Position numbers and translations under genes: made by a program. Positions 10,475-17,934 of a DNA stretch of 37,873 nt are shown here, piece after piece. The stretch is from a virus. Taxonomy: Duplodnaviria; Caudoviricetes. The stretch lies in the IMG/VR virus record IMGVR_UViG_3300033076_000188, positions 1 through 37,873 of that record; one strand, written 5' to 3'. Within the stretch, counting starts at the first letter, position 1. Each line of letters begins with the position of its first letter. The notes under the pieces are model-generated. The model was not told the origin of the DNA and searched no databases. It saw only the letters and a program-made list of their open reading frames with translations.

Positions 10475-10629
10475 AATTCCTCAAAGGCAAGAAGACCTAC
10501 CTGACCGCTGCCGTCACTGGTGGCGTGGCAGCGGCGCAGGTTCTGGGTGTCGAAGTGCCACCCTACGTTCTCACGCTACTTGGTGCGTTTGGTCTTTACG
10601 GTATCCGCGCCGCTTTGCCGCGCGTCTAA
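10471..10629 (+). CDS. Putative holin, 52 aa (not in the ORF track)
   Basis: MKFLKGKKTYLTAAVTGGVAAAQVLGVEVPPYVLTLLGAFGLYGIRAALPRV has two hydrophobic segments. AGGAG RBS and ATGA overlap with the endolysin. Confidence 0.7.
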   Translation: MKFLKGKKTYLTAAVTGGVAAAQVLGVEVPPYVLTLLGAFGLYGIRAALPRV

Positions 10630-10824
10630 CCAACGCTGCCCATACCATAGGGCCTTTTCCATTTCTTGAGCCGCTTCGTCCTTATGGCCGAGGCGGCTCA
10701 AGTATTTTAGCATATTGCCACGGCAATACCCCGCGAATTCTTCTGGCGTCAGCTTTGATTGGATGTAGTCAATGGCTTCGATGCCGCCCTTCTTATAGTG
10801 GTCGGGGTTGATTGCGTCGCTCAT
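10576..10824 (-). CDS. DUF3310 family protein (T7 gp1.7-like nucleotide kinase domain)
   Basis: INPDHYKKGGIEAIDYI..GYCRGNMLKYLSR..KALWY. Confidence 0.8.
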   Translation of the reverse strand: MSDAINPDHYKKGGIEAIDYIQSKLTPEEFAGYCRGNMLKYLSRLGHKDEAAQEMEKALWYGQRWLDARQSGADTVKTKRTK

Positions 10825-11021
10825 TTTGTCACCGTCTTAATCTTAGCCATAATTTCCGCGCGCTCACGGGCGGCGCGAACCGTCGTGTAGCGTTGGTGCA
10901 GCCGCCGCGCAAAGGCGACGCGCTTATGCTCGACGATCTCTTCGTGCAGGCGTTCTTCGATCTCATCTTCGGTCATGCTGGTCAAATCCGCGCACAACTC
11001 ATGCCATCTAATTTTAGCCAT
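10821..11021 (-). CDS. Hypothetical protein
   Basis: 66 aa, translationally coupled to both neighbours, GAGGAG RBS. Confidence 0.7.
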   Translation of the reverse strand: MAKIRWHELCADLTSMTEDEIEERLHEEIVEHKRVAFARRLHQRYTTVRAARERAEIMAKIKTVTK

Positions 11022-12333
11022 TTTTTAACTCCTCAATTGCGGTTTCGGACACCGTGCGTTTGCTGTGCAACGCTGCCCAGATACGTTCGTCAATCGTCTT
11101 TTCCGTCATCATGACGTAGACCCAAACGTCGTGCGTCTGACCGCTGCGGTGCAGGCGTCCGACTGTCTGTTCGTAAAGTTCAAGCGACCACGGCAGCGAC
11201 AAGAACACCATGTGGCATCCGCCGTGCTGTAGGTTCAGCCCGTGCCCTGCGGACTTGGGATGGACCAGCAGCAACTCGACTTCGCCCTTGTTCCAGCGTT
11301 CGATCACGTTGGCGTCGTCAATCGTCTGCGCGTGCGGAAAACGGCGCTTCAACTCGGACAGTTCTTCCTGATAGTTGTAGACGATGATCGTGTTCGCCCG
11401 CTGGTTCTCGTCTATCAGTTCTTCCAGCCGATCAAACTTATGGCCGCTGAACCAGATGCTGTCCGTCGCGCCTTCGCGGTTGTAGACGAAGCCCGACGCC
11501 ATCTGTTGCAGTTTGGTCGTCACCGACGCGGCGTTCTGCGCAATGACGCGTTCGTCGCCAAAGCGCACGACATACTCGGCCTTCATCTTTTCGTAGGGCT
11601 TGCGGTCTGCAAGGCTGACCCGCAGTTCGACCGCGTGGCAGGGCGGCAGCTTGTCCTTATATTCGCCCGGCTCAAGGACGTAGGTTGCAGGACGAATGCG
11701 CTGCATGACCTGTTCCAGCGCCAACGGCGCAGGCGTCCACTGCCCAAAGTCGCGGTTGATGCAGATGAAATACTGTTGCAAAAATGCACCTTTGGACCGG
11801 CCCAGCAATCCTTGGTCAATGATCTTGCACTGGCCGAACACATCTTCAAGGCCGTTGGACGTGAACGATCCGGTCAGGCCCCAGCGGATGTTCGTCTTGG
11901 TGATGACTTTCTCCAGCGCCTTAAAGCGTTTGCCGGACGGGTTCTTGAGCCGCGTCAGTTCGTCAAACACGATGCCGTCAAAGCGGTCGCAGTTATGCGC
12001 GACAGTCGGCAGGTTATCGTAGTTCGTCACGACAACTTCGGCGTCGCTGTCAAACGCTGCTTGACGCTGGCGCGGCGTGCCGACGGCCACGGCGACCTTC
12101 AGGCTTGGCGCCCACTTCGGCGCTTCCACAGGCCACACGTCCGTACAGACGCGCTTGGGGGCCAGCACGATCCAACGCCGGGCATGACCGTCGCGCACCA
12201 TCTCAGCCATCGCCGTCAGCGTGATGGCAGTCTTGCCAGCGCCGACGGGGGCCAAGATCATCGCGCGGTCACGCTCGTATAGGAACGTCGCCGCTTCTTG
12301 TTGATATGGCCTTAGCTGAAGCGGCTGCACCAT
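11014..12333 (-). CDS. SNF2-like superfamily 2 helicase
   Basis: LRPYQ, GAGKT, FDELT, LTG, SAGHGLNLQ and QTVGRLHRSGQ motifs. Confidence 0.92.
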   Translation of the reverse strand: MVQPLQLRPYQQEAATFLYERDRAMILAPVGAGKTAITLTAMAEMVRDGHARRWIVLAPKRVCTDVWPVEAPKWAPSLKVAVAVGTPRQRQAAFDSDAEVVVTNYDNLPTVAHNCDRFDGIVFDELTRLKNPSGKRFKALEKVITKTNIRWGLTGSFTSNGLEDVFGQCKIIDQGLLGRSKGAFLQQYFICINRDFGQWTPAPLALEQVMQRIRPATYVLEPGEYKDKLPPCHAVELRVSLADRKPYEKMKAEYVVRFGDERVIAQNAASVTTKLQQMASGFVYNREGATDSIWFSGHKFDRLEELIDENQRANTIIVYNYQEELSELKRRFPHAQTIDDANVIERWNKGEVELLLVHPKSAGHGLNLQHGGCHMVFLSLPWSLELYEQTVGRLHRSGQTHDVWVYVMMTEKTIDERIWAALHSKRTVSETAIEELKNG

Positions 12334-12587
12334 AAATCCACATCCTGTTTAGACCAAAGGCAGGCGTAGTGCTGCTTGGTGTGCGCCATCTCTTCGGCAA
12401 ATATCTCTTGCAACGCGGACAGTCGCCCGCCTTCCTTTTTCAGCTCCACGAACCACGCCTCGCCATTCGGCATACAGGCAATGCGGTCAGCCACGCCGCG
12501 CTGGGTCACGCTGCGGAACTTATACGCATAGCCGCCCATCGCCTTGACGCGCTTGACGAAATAAGTCTCAATTTCTTTCTCAGTCAT
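12312..12587 (-). CDS. VRR-NUC domain nuclease
   Basis: MTEKEIE..GVADRI..FVELKKEGGRLSALQ (PD-(D/E)xK). Confidence 0.88.
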   Translation of the reverse strand: MTEKEIETYFVKRVKAMGGYAYKFRSVTQRGVADRIACMPNGEAWFVELKKEGGRLSALQEIFAEEMAHTKQHYACLWSKQDVDLWCSRFS

Positions 12588-12593
12588 ATCGTC

Positions 12594-12653
12594 GGGCTAC
12601 ATCAAAATTTTTTAACGATCAACCCTTGATTAGCATTTTTTATTGTGTATGGT
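12594..12653. promoter_or_regulatory. Divergent sigma70-like promoters
   Basis: Plus strand: TTGATT (12626-31), 16 nt, extended TG-N-TATGGT (12648-53). Minus strand: TTGATC (12622-17), 17 nt, TAGCCC (12599-94). AT-rich gap between divergent operons. Confidence 0.5.
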
Positions 12654-12686
12654 CGGCCTTCCAAACAATTCAGTGAGGTAAACGAT

Positions 12687-13826
12687 ATGGCTGCACATAG
12701 CCGCATTGTCGGCGGATCAACCGCCAAGCGCGTCATCGCCTGCCCCGGCAGCGTGGCGCTCGTAAATAAGATGCCACCCCAGCCGTCCAGCAAGTATGCC
12801 GATGAAGGCACGCTGCTGCACGACGTGATCGCTAAAATTCTGGACAGCGATAACGCCAAGCCAGAAGATTATCTGGGTACGCAATACGAAGACGTGGTGC
12901 TGACCGAAGACCTGATCGAACGCAAGCTGCGTCCAGCACTAGCGCGGTTCGACGAACTGTGCGGAGAAGAGGGGATGGATTATGCGGTCGAAAGCGTTGT
13001 GGACTTTGGCGATTTTCTGCCTGACGTTTTTGGCTCTGCTGACGTTCTTGGTCGTATCGGTAGCCGCGCTTACGTTATTGACTGGAAGTTTGGCGACGGC
13101 GTTCCTGTTGAAGCTAAAGAAAATTATCAGCTAATGTTTTACGCAGCGGCTGCCATGCGCACCAAGCCGATCCAATGGGTGTTCAAGGATTGTGCCGACG
13201 TTGAGATGGTCATCATCCAGCCGCCCGGCATTAAGCGTTGGGTCACGTCGGTCGAGCGCATCAAGCAGTTCGAAAGCCAGTTGTTCGCAGCGGTCAACGT
13301 GGCCCTCAAGCCCGACGCACCGCTGGCGGCAGGCGACCATTGTCGCTGGTGCGCAGCCAAGCCTGTCTGCCCTGTGATGACTGGCGCTGTTGATCGCATT
13401 CGCAAGGAAGCGCTCGACATCATGCCTGTCGATCAGATCGCGCACTATCTTGACCAAGTTCCGATGCTGGAAAACTTCATCAAGGAATTGCAGCAGTTGG
13501 CGCACGGCCTGATCGAAGAAGGCAAAGCCATTCCGGGCTGGAAGTTGGTCAATAAGCGCGCTACACGTCAATGGAATAAGCCCGACATGGAAGTCGCGCA
13601 GCACCTGATCGAATTGGGTGTGTCGCCCGACGAGACGATGACGGAACCCAAGATTATTTCGCCCGCAGCGGCTGAGAAGCTGCTCAAGAAGGCGAAGAAG
13701 GACTTGCCCAGTGACCTTGTGGTCGCTGTGTCAAGCGGCAGCACCTTGGCCCCGGAAGATGATCCGCGCCAAAGTGTTGTCCCCATCAGCCAGACGCTTA
13801 AAAAAGCTATGGCTAAAATCCAGTAA
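12687..13826 (+). CDS. Cas4-like / DUF2800 PD-(D/E)xK exonuclease
   Basis: HS..GGSTAKR..CPGS, EGTLLH, FGSAD, IDWKFGDG, NYQLMFYA and HCRWCAAKPVCP. Start placed at ATG 12687 after a GAGGT RBS. Confidence 0.85.
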   Translation: MAAHSRIVGGSTAKRVIACPGSVALVNKMPPQPSSKYADEGTLLHDVIAKILDSDNAKPEDYLGTQYEDVVLTEDLIERKLRPALARFDELCGEEGMDYAVESVVDFGDFLPDVFGSADVLGRIGSRAYVIDWKFGDGVPVEAKENYQLMFYAAAAMRTKPIQWVFKDCADVEMVIIQPPGIKRWVTSVERIKQFESQLFAAVNVALKPDAPLAAGDHCRWCAAKPVCPVMTGAVDRIRKEALDIMPVDQIAHYLDQVPMLENFIKELQQLAHGLIEEGKAIPGWKLVNKRATRQWNKPDMEVAQHLIELGVSPDETMTEPKIISPAAAEKLLKKAKKDLPSDLVVAVSSGSTLAPEDDPRQSVVPISQTLKKAMAKIQ

Positions 13827-13843
13827 GAAGAAAGGTTACTATA

Positions 13844-14515
13844 ATGTCTAATGAAATCTCTAAGTTCGCCGGCGCTGGTTTGCCGTCGGTTCAGTCGCTG
13901 TCCTCGGCTCTGCGTAAGATCGAAGCCGATGTCGGCCCCACAGGCATGGTCATCATTAAGATGGACAAGGCCGGGCATTGGGTCTTCGGCGCTGACCAGA
14001 CCGAAGTCGAGGATGGCAGCCTGTGGGCAGTCAATCCCTTCTCGTTCGTTCACGGCTATATCGCTTGGGGCGACGGCGTGGTTCTCGCTGAGAAGATGGC
14101 GCCGGTTTCTGAACCGCTGCCGGAAACTGGCCCGGCCCCCGAAGGCGCAAAGCGCGGCTGGGAAATGCAGATCGGTATGTCGCTGGCCTGCACGAACGGC
14201 GAAGACGAAGGGATGCAAGCCCGCTACACGGTGACTTCGGTCGGCGGTAAGCGTGCCGTGCAGGGTCTGGCTTTGGCTATTGCCGATCAGGCCGACAAGA
14301 ACCCTGACAAGCCCGTGCCGCTGGTCGAACTGAAGAAGGAACACTATCAGCACAAGTCCTACGGGCGCATCTATACGCCGGTCTTCAATATTGTTGACTG
14401 GAAGCCGTTGGACGCTAATGATGCTTCCCCTGCTGACGCAGATGATGCTGACGAGCAGAACGACGACGTGGTGGAACAGGCAGCACCCGTTCGTCGCCGT
14501 CGCGTCGCAGGCTAA
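13844..14515 (+). CDS. Putative single-stranded DNA-binding protein
   Basis: Lies between exonuclease and polymerase. Motif YQHKSYGRIYTPVF and an acidic C-terminal tail. Confidence 0.6.
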   Translation: MSNEISKFAGAGLPSVQSLSSALRKIEADVGPTGMVIIKMDKAGHWVFGADQTEVEDGSLWAVNPFSFVHGYIAWGDGVVLAEKMAPVSEPLPETGPAPEGAKRGWEMQIGMSLACTNGEDEGMQARYTVTSVGGKRAVQGLALAIADQADKNPDKPVPLVELKKEHYQHKSYGRIYTPVFNIVDWKPLDANDASPADADDADEQNDDVVEQAAPVRRRRVAG

Positions 14516-14530
14516 ACGGGGGTGGTGAAA

Positions 14531-14564
14531 GCCGGGTGGTGGTTGTCGCTAAGCGCCACCCGGC
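14531..14564 (+). promoter_or_regulatory. GC-rich hairpin between the SSB-like gene and the polymerase
   Basis: GCCGGGTGGTG...CGCCACCCGGC, with no following U tract. Confidence 0.45.
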
Positions 14565-14590
14565 AAGTAGCCGGATGAAGTGAGGCATCC

Positions 14591-17419
14591 GTGACAATTC
14601 TTTGGATTGACTTTGAGACGCGAAGCCGCTGCGACCTACGCAGCAAGGGCGTCTACAACTACGCACAGGACATCAGCACCGAAGTGCTGTGTATGTCCTA
14701 CGCATTCGACGACGAGGAAGTTAGGACGTGGTTGCCGTCGCAGCCTTTCCCTAGCGCCGTCCGCAATCATACAGGCCAGATCAGAGCGCACAACGCCGCC
14801 TTTGAGCGGTTGATGTTCTGGTATGTCCTGCAAATCCCGTTCAAGCTGGAGCAGTTCTATTGCACCGCAGCGCAAGCCCGTGCCAATTGCGCGCCGGGTA
14901 GCCTTGAGGACGTGGGGCGCTTCGCTGGCACGACGATGAAAAAAGACCATCGCGGCGCGCAGCTAATTAGGCTATTGTCCATCCCGCAGTCAGACGGCAC
15001 GTTCCGCGAAGACGCAGACTTGATGGCCGAGATGATCCGTTATTGCGAGACAGACGTTCTTGCCATGCGGGAGATCAGCAAGGCCCAACGGGGGTTGTCG
15101 CTAGATGAACTGCACGACTATCACGTTAATGAGCGCATCAATGATCGCGGTGTCTTGCTTGACAAACCTTTGGCTTTGGCGGCGGTGCGCTATGCTGAAG
15201 CGGAGTCAATCGAAATACAAGAGATTGTGCGTGAGGTTACTGGTGGCGAAATTACGTCCGTCCGCAGCCCGAAGATGCGGTCGTGGGTTCTCTCGCGCGT
15301 CGGTCCCGAAGCCCTGAAGCTGGCGACAGTCCACAAGGACGGCGAAGCCAAGCTATCCATTGACAAGAACGTGCGCGCCAACTTGCTGGCACTTGCAGAG
15401 GAGAACCCCGATGAAGTCCCGTCAGAAGTTGCGGAAGTCATCCAGTGCGCGGACGATCTGTGGGCATCGTCCGTGGCTAAGTTTTCGCGGGCCGCTAACT
15501 TGGCAGATGAGGAAGATAGCCGAGTTAGAGGAGCGTTTGTATTTGCTGGAGGCAGCGCAACTGGCCGTGCTTCGTCATTTGGGCTTCAAGTCCACAACTT
15601 CCCCCGTCGTTGCGCCGAGGACCCTTCACTAGTCCGTCAGGCTATGGTGCGCGGTCACAAGATCGTGCCGCAATATGGCCGCCGCGTAACGGACGTGCTG
15701 AAGGGTATGCTGCGTCCGTCGCTGACGGCAGCGCCCGGCAAGCATCTGGTCGTCGCTGATTGGGCCGCTATCGAAGCCCGCGTGACGCCGTGGGCGTCCA
15801 ACACCAACAGCGGCGCGGCCAAGCTGGACATCTTCGCTAAGGGCGAGGATGTCTACAAGCACAACGCGGCTGCGACGTTCCGCGTCGCCTACGATCAGGT
15901 TGACAAGGACCAACGCCAGATCGGCAAGGTGCAGGAATTGGCCTGCGTAGCTGAAGATACGTTAGTATTTACATCTAACGGGCTTAAAGCTATTGTGGAT
16001 GTTCAATTAACCGATCTTTTATGGGATGGATCACAGTGGGTAAATCATCAAGGGGTGGTAGCAAGAGGTGTGAAGCCGGTTGTCAATGTGGAAGGCATCG
16101 CGGCGACAAAGGACCATTTGTTCCTAGTCGGCAATTCGTGGATGCAGGCGCAGCAACTCAGTTCAAACGAAAAATTGCGCCGCCGAGCGTTGGAGACCGG
16201 TTCGGAGAGCTTACAGTTGTTGGGTTTGAGTATGGCGCGGCAGGCGGTATCCGATACGCTTTGGCGCAATGCTCTTGCGGGGCTAAACCCAACCGCGTTG
16301 CGCTCTACAACTTACGGCGCGGCGCGTCTACGCGTTGCCCATCATGCGCGCGGAAACAATCTGGTTTTTGGCGAAAAGACTATTTTAAATACGCAGACGC
16401 TTGCCCTGACGATGCCCACAGGCGGCGCCTGCTCAATCGTCTGTCGGCCTGCAAAAACAGATGCCATAACCCAAAAGATCGCGCGTATAAAAGCTATGGT
16501 GGGCGCGGTATTCATGTTTACAAACCTTGGCTCACAGACAAAGCCGCGTTTTTACGGTATGTCCTTTCTCTCAATGGGTGGGATCAACCGCACTTGGAGT
16601 TGGATCGTATCGACGTTAACAAAGGTTACGAACCGGGTAATCTACGGTTCATTACCAGACGCGAAAATTGTAACAACAAACGATCCCTTGCCGAGTTGCA
16701 ACAGCGCGTCATTGAACTTGAGGCACGTCTACGATATTGCACATGCGGGGCCTAACAATCGTTTTATGGTGATGTCGGGCGAAGGCCCAATGATAATCCA
16801 CAACTGCGGCTTTGCGGGCGGCGTGGGTGCGTTTGCGGCGATGGGTCGCATCTACAACATCATCCTGCCCGAAAGCGAAGCCCGCAAGATGGTTGACGCA
16901 TGGCGCAGGGCTAATTCGTGGTCGGTTCCCTATTGGTCGAAGCTGGAGCAATCCTATTTGGCCGCTATGCGTAATCCGGGGCAGGAGTTTTCCGCCGGGC
17001 GCGTGACATATTTATTTGACAAACAGCATCTTTGGTATGCCCTCCCTAGCGGACGTGTGCTATGTTACCCGTTCGCCCGCTTCGATGAAGAGGGCAATGT
17101 CACCTACGCAAAGGCGTCGTGGAAGCCCGCAGCCGATGCGAAGGAATGGCCGCGCGCTCGTCTGTGGCGTGGTCTGGCCTGCGAAAATATCACGCAAGCG
17201 GTGGCGAACGATCTGTTGCGCCATTCGCTGGCGCGGCTTGACGATATGGGGCTTGATGTAGTATTAACAGTTCACGATGAAATTGTTCTTGAGGTATCAA
17301 AAGATCAGTCGGATTGGGCCGCAGAACAACTCGTAAAAGTTATGTGTGATGCGCCTGTGTGGTGCGGTGGTCTTCCGCTTAATGCAGAAGTCGCGGTTAT
17401 GGAAAGATATGGGAAGTGA
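14591..17419 (+). CDS. polA: Family A DNA polymerase precursor (942 aa; 655 aa after removal of a 287-aa intein)
   Basis: Exonuclease motifs IDFETRS, AHNAAFE and YCETDV; TGRAS; motif A DWAAIEAR; motif B RQIGKVQELA|CGFAGG split by the intein; ENITQAVAND; motif C VHDEIV. Confidence 0.95.
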   Translation: MTILWIDFETRSRCDLRSKGVYNYAQDISTEVLCMSYAFDDEEVRTWLPSQPFPSAVRNHTGQIRAHNAAFERLMFWYVLQIPFKLEQFYCTAAQARANCAPGSLEDVGRFAGTTMKKDHRGAQLIRLLSIPQSDGTFREDADLMAEMIRYCETDVLAMREISKAQRGLSLDELHDYHVNERINDRGVLLDKPLALAAVRYAEAESIEIQEIVREVTGGEITSVRSPKMRSWVLSRVGPEALKLATVHKDGEAKLSIDKNVRANLLALAEENPDEVPSEVAEVIQCADDLWASSVAKFSRAANLADEEDSRVRGAFVFAGGSATGRASSFGLQVHNFPRRCAEDPSLVRQAMVRGHKIVPQYGRRVTDVLKGMLRPSLTAAPGKHLVVADWAAIEARVTPWASNTNSGAAKLDIFAKGEDVYKHNAAATFRVAYDQVDKDQRQIGKVQELACVAEDTLVFTSNGLKAIVDVQLTDLLWDGSQWVNHQGVVARGVKPVVNVEGIAATKDHLFLVGNSWMQAQQLSSNEKLRRRALETGSESLQLLGLSMARQAVSDTLWRNALAGLNPTALRSTTYGAARLRVAHHARGNNLVFGEKTILNTQTLALTMPTGGACSIVCRPAKTDAITQKIARIKAMVGAVFMFTNLGSQTKPRFYGMSFLSMGGINRTWSWIVSTLTKVTNRVIYGSLPDAKIVTTNDPLPSCNSASLNLRHVYDIAHAGPNNRFMVMSGEGPMIIHNCGFAGGVGAFAAMGRIYNIILPESEARKMVDAWRRANSWSVPYWSKLEQSYLAAMRNPGQEFSAGRVTYLFDKQHLWYALPSGRVLCYPFARFDEEGNVTYAKASWKPAADAKEWPRARLWRGLACENITQAVANDLLRHSLARLDDMGLDVVLTVHDEIVLEVSKDQSDWAAEQLVKVMCDAPVWCGGLPLNAEVAVMERYGK
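15944..16804 (+). mobile_element. Intein in polymerase motif B (precursor aa 452-738)
   Basis: Block A CVAEDTLVFT, block B ATKDHLFLV (TxxH), block F VYDIAHAGPNNRF, block G IIHN followed by Cys+1. Removal restores KVQELA-CGFAGGVGAF. Confidence 0.93.
16021..16755 (+). CDS. HNH-like homing endonuclease nested in the intein in an alternative frame (true start may be GTG 16138)
   Basis: GDRFGELTVV..QCSCG..LRRG..RCPSC Zn-binding N-terminus; KNRCHNPKDRAYKSYGGRGI; LDRIDVNKGYEPGNLRFITRRENCNNKR nuclease motif. Confidence 0.88.
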   Translation: MGWITVGKSSRGGSKRCEAGCQCGRHRGDKGPFVPSRQFVDAGAATQFKRKIAPPSVGDRFGELTVVGFEYGAAGGIRYALAQCSCGAKPNRVALYNLRRGASTRCPSCARKQSGFWRKDYFKYADACPDDAHRRRLLNRLSACKNRCHNPKDRAYKSYGGRGIHVYKPWLTDKAAFLRYVLSLNGWDQPHLELDRIDVNKGYEPGNLRFITRRENCNNKRSLAELQQRVIELEARLRYCTCGA

Positions 17420-17934
17420 TTTGGCAAACCATACCGAATTGGGACAGATACGAAATTAGCTACACGGGGCGTATTCGTTCGCGCGACATGAAAGTCGGTG
17501 CTAGAAACGGGGCTGTTGCTATGCGTAAAGGCCGCGAACTTGCATTGGTGCGAAAAACAAATGGTTATTGGGCTGTAACGTTGACTGCGGGTAAAAAACG
17601 CAGACAAGAATGCGTTCATAGATTAGTCGCATTAGTATTTCACGGCCCACCGCCGCATCCGAATGCGCACGTTTTGCATAGTGACGGCGACAAAAACAAT
17701 AATGCGGCAAATAACCTTCGTTGGGGGACTCCTGCCGATAACCATGCAGATACTGAGCGGCATGGGCGGCGCTTAAAAGGTGAACGACACCCCCACGCAA
17801 AATTAACTGAGGCTGCTGTGCGAGATATTCGCAGTTCGGATATAGATTCGTCTGCGCTAGCAACGCAATATAATGTGACGCGAGAACATATTTGGGCCGT
17901 GCGGCGCGGGCGCGTTTGGCATCATGTCAACTAA
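17416..17934 (+). CDS. NUMOD4-HNH homing endonuclease
   Basis: WQTIPNWDRYEISYTGRIRS (NUMOD4), VHRLVA..HSDGDKNNNAANNLRWGTPADN (HNH), C-terminal HTH (GERHPHAKLTE). Confidence 0.9.
   Translation: MIWQTIPNWDRYEISYTGRIRSRDMKVGARNGAVAMRKGRELALVRKTNGYWAVTLTAGKKRRQECVHRLVALVFHGPPPHPNAHVLHSDGDKNNNAANNLRWGTPADNHADTERHGRRLKGERHPHAKLTEAAVRDIRSSDIDSSALATQYNVTREHIWAVRRGRVWHHVN

Noticed and set aside
15944-16804. Group I intron or simple frameshifted pseudogene as the explanation for the polA insertion
   Set aside because: The insertion has complete protein-splicing motifs, is an exact multiple of three and is open throughout. The nuclease has its own stop codon and overlaps both splicing regions.
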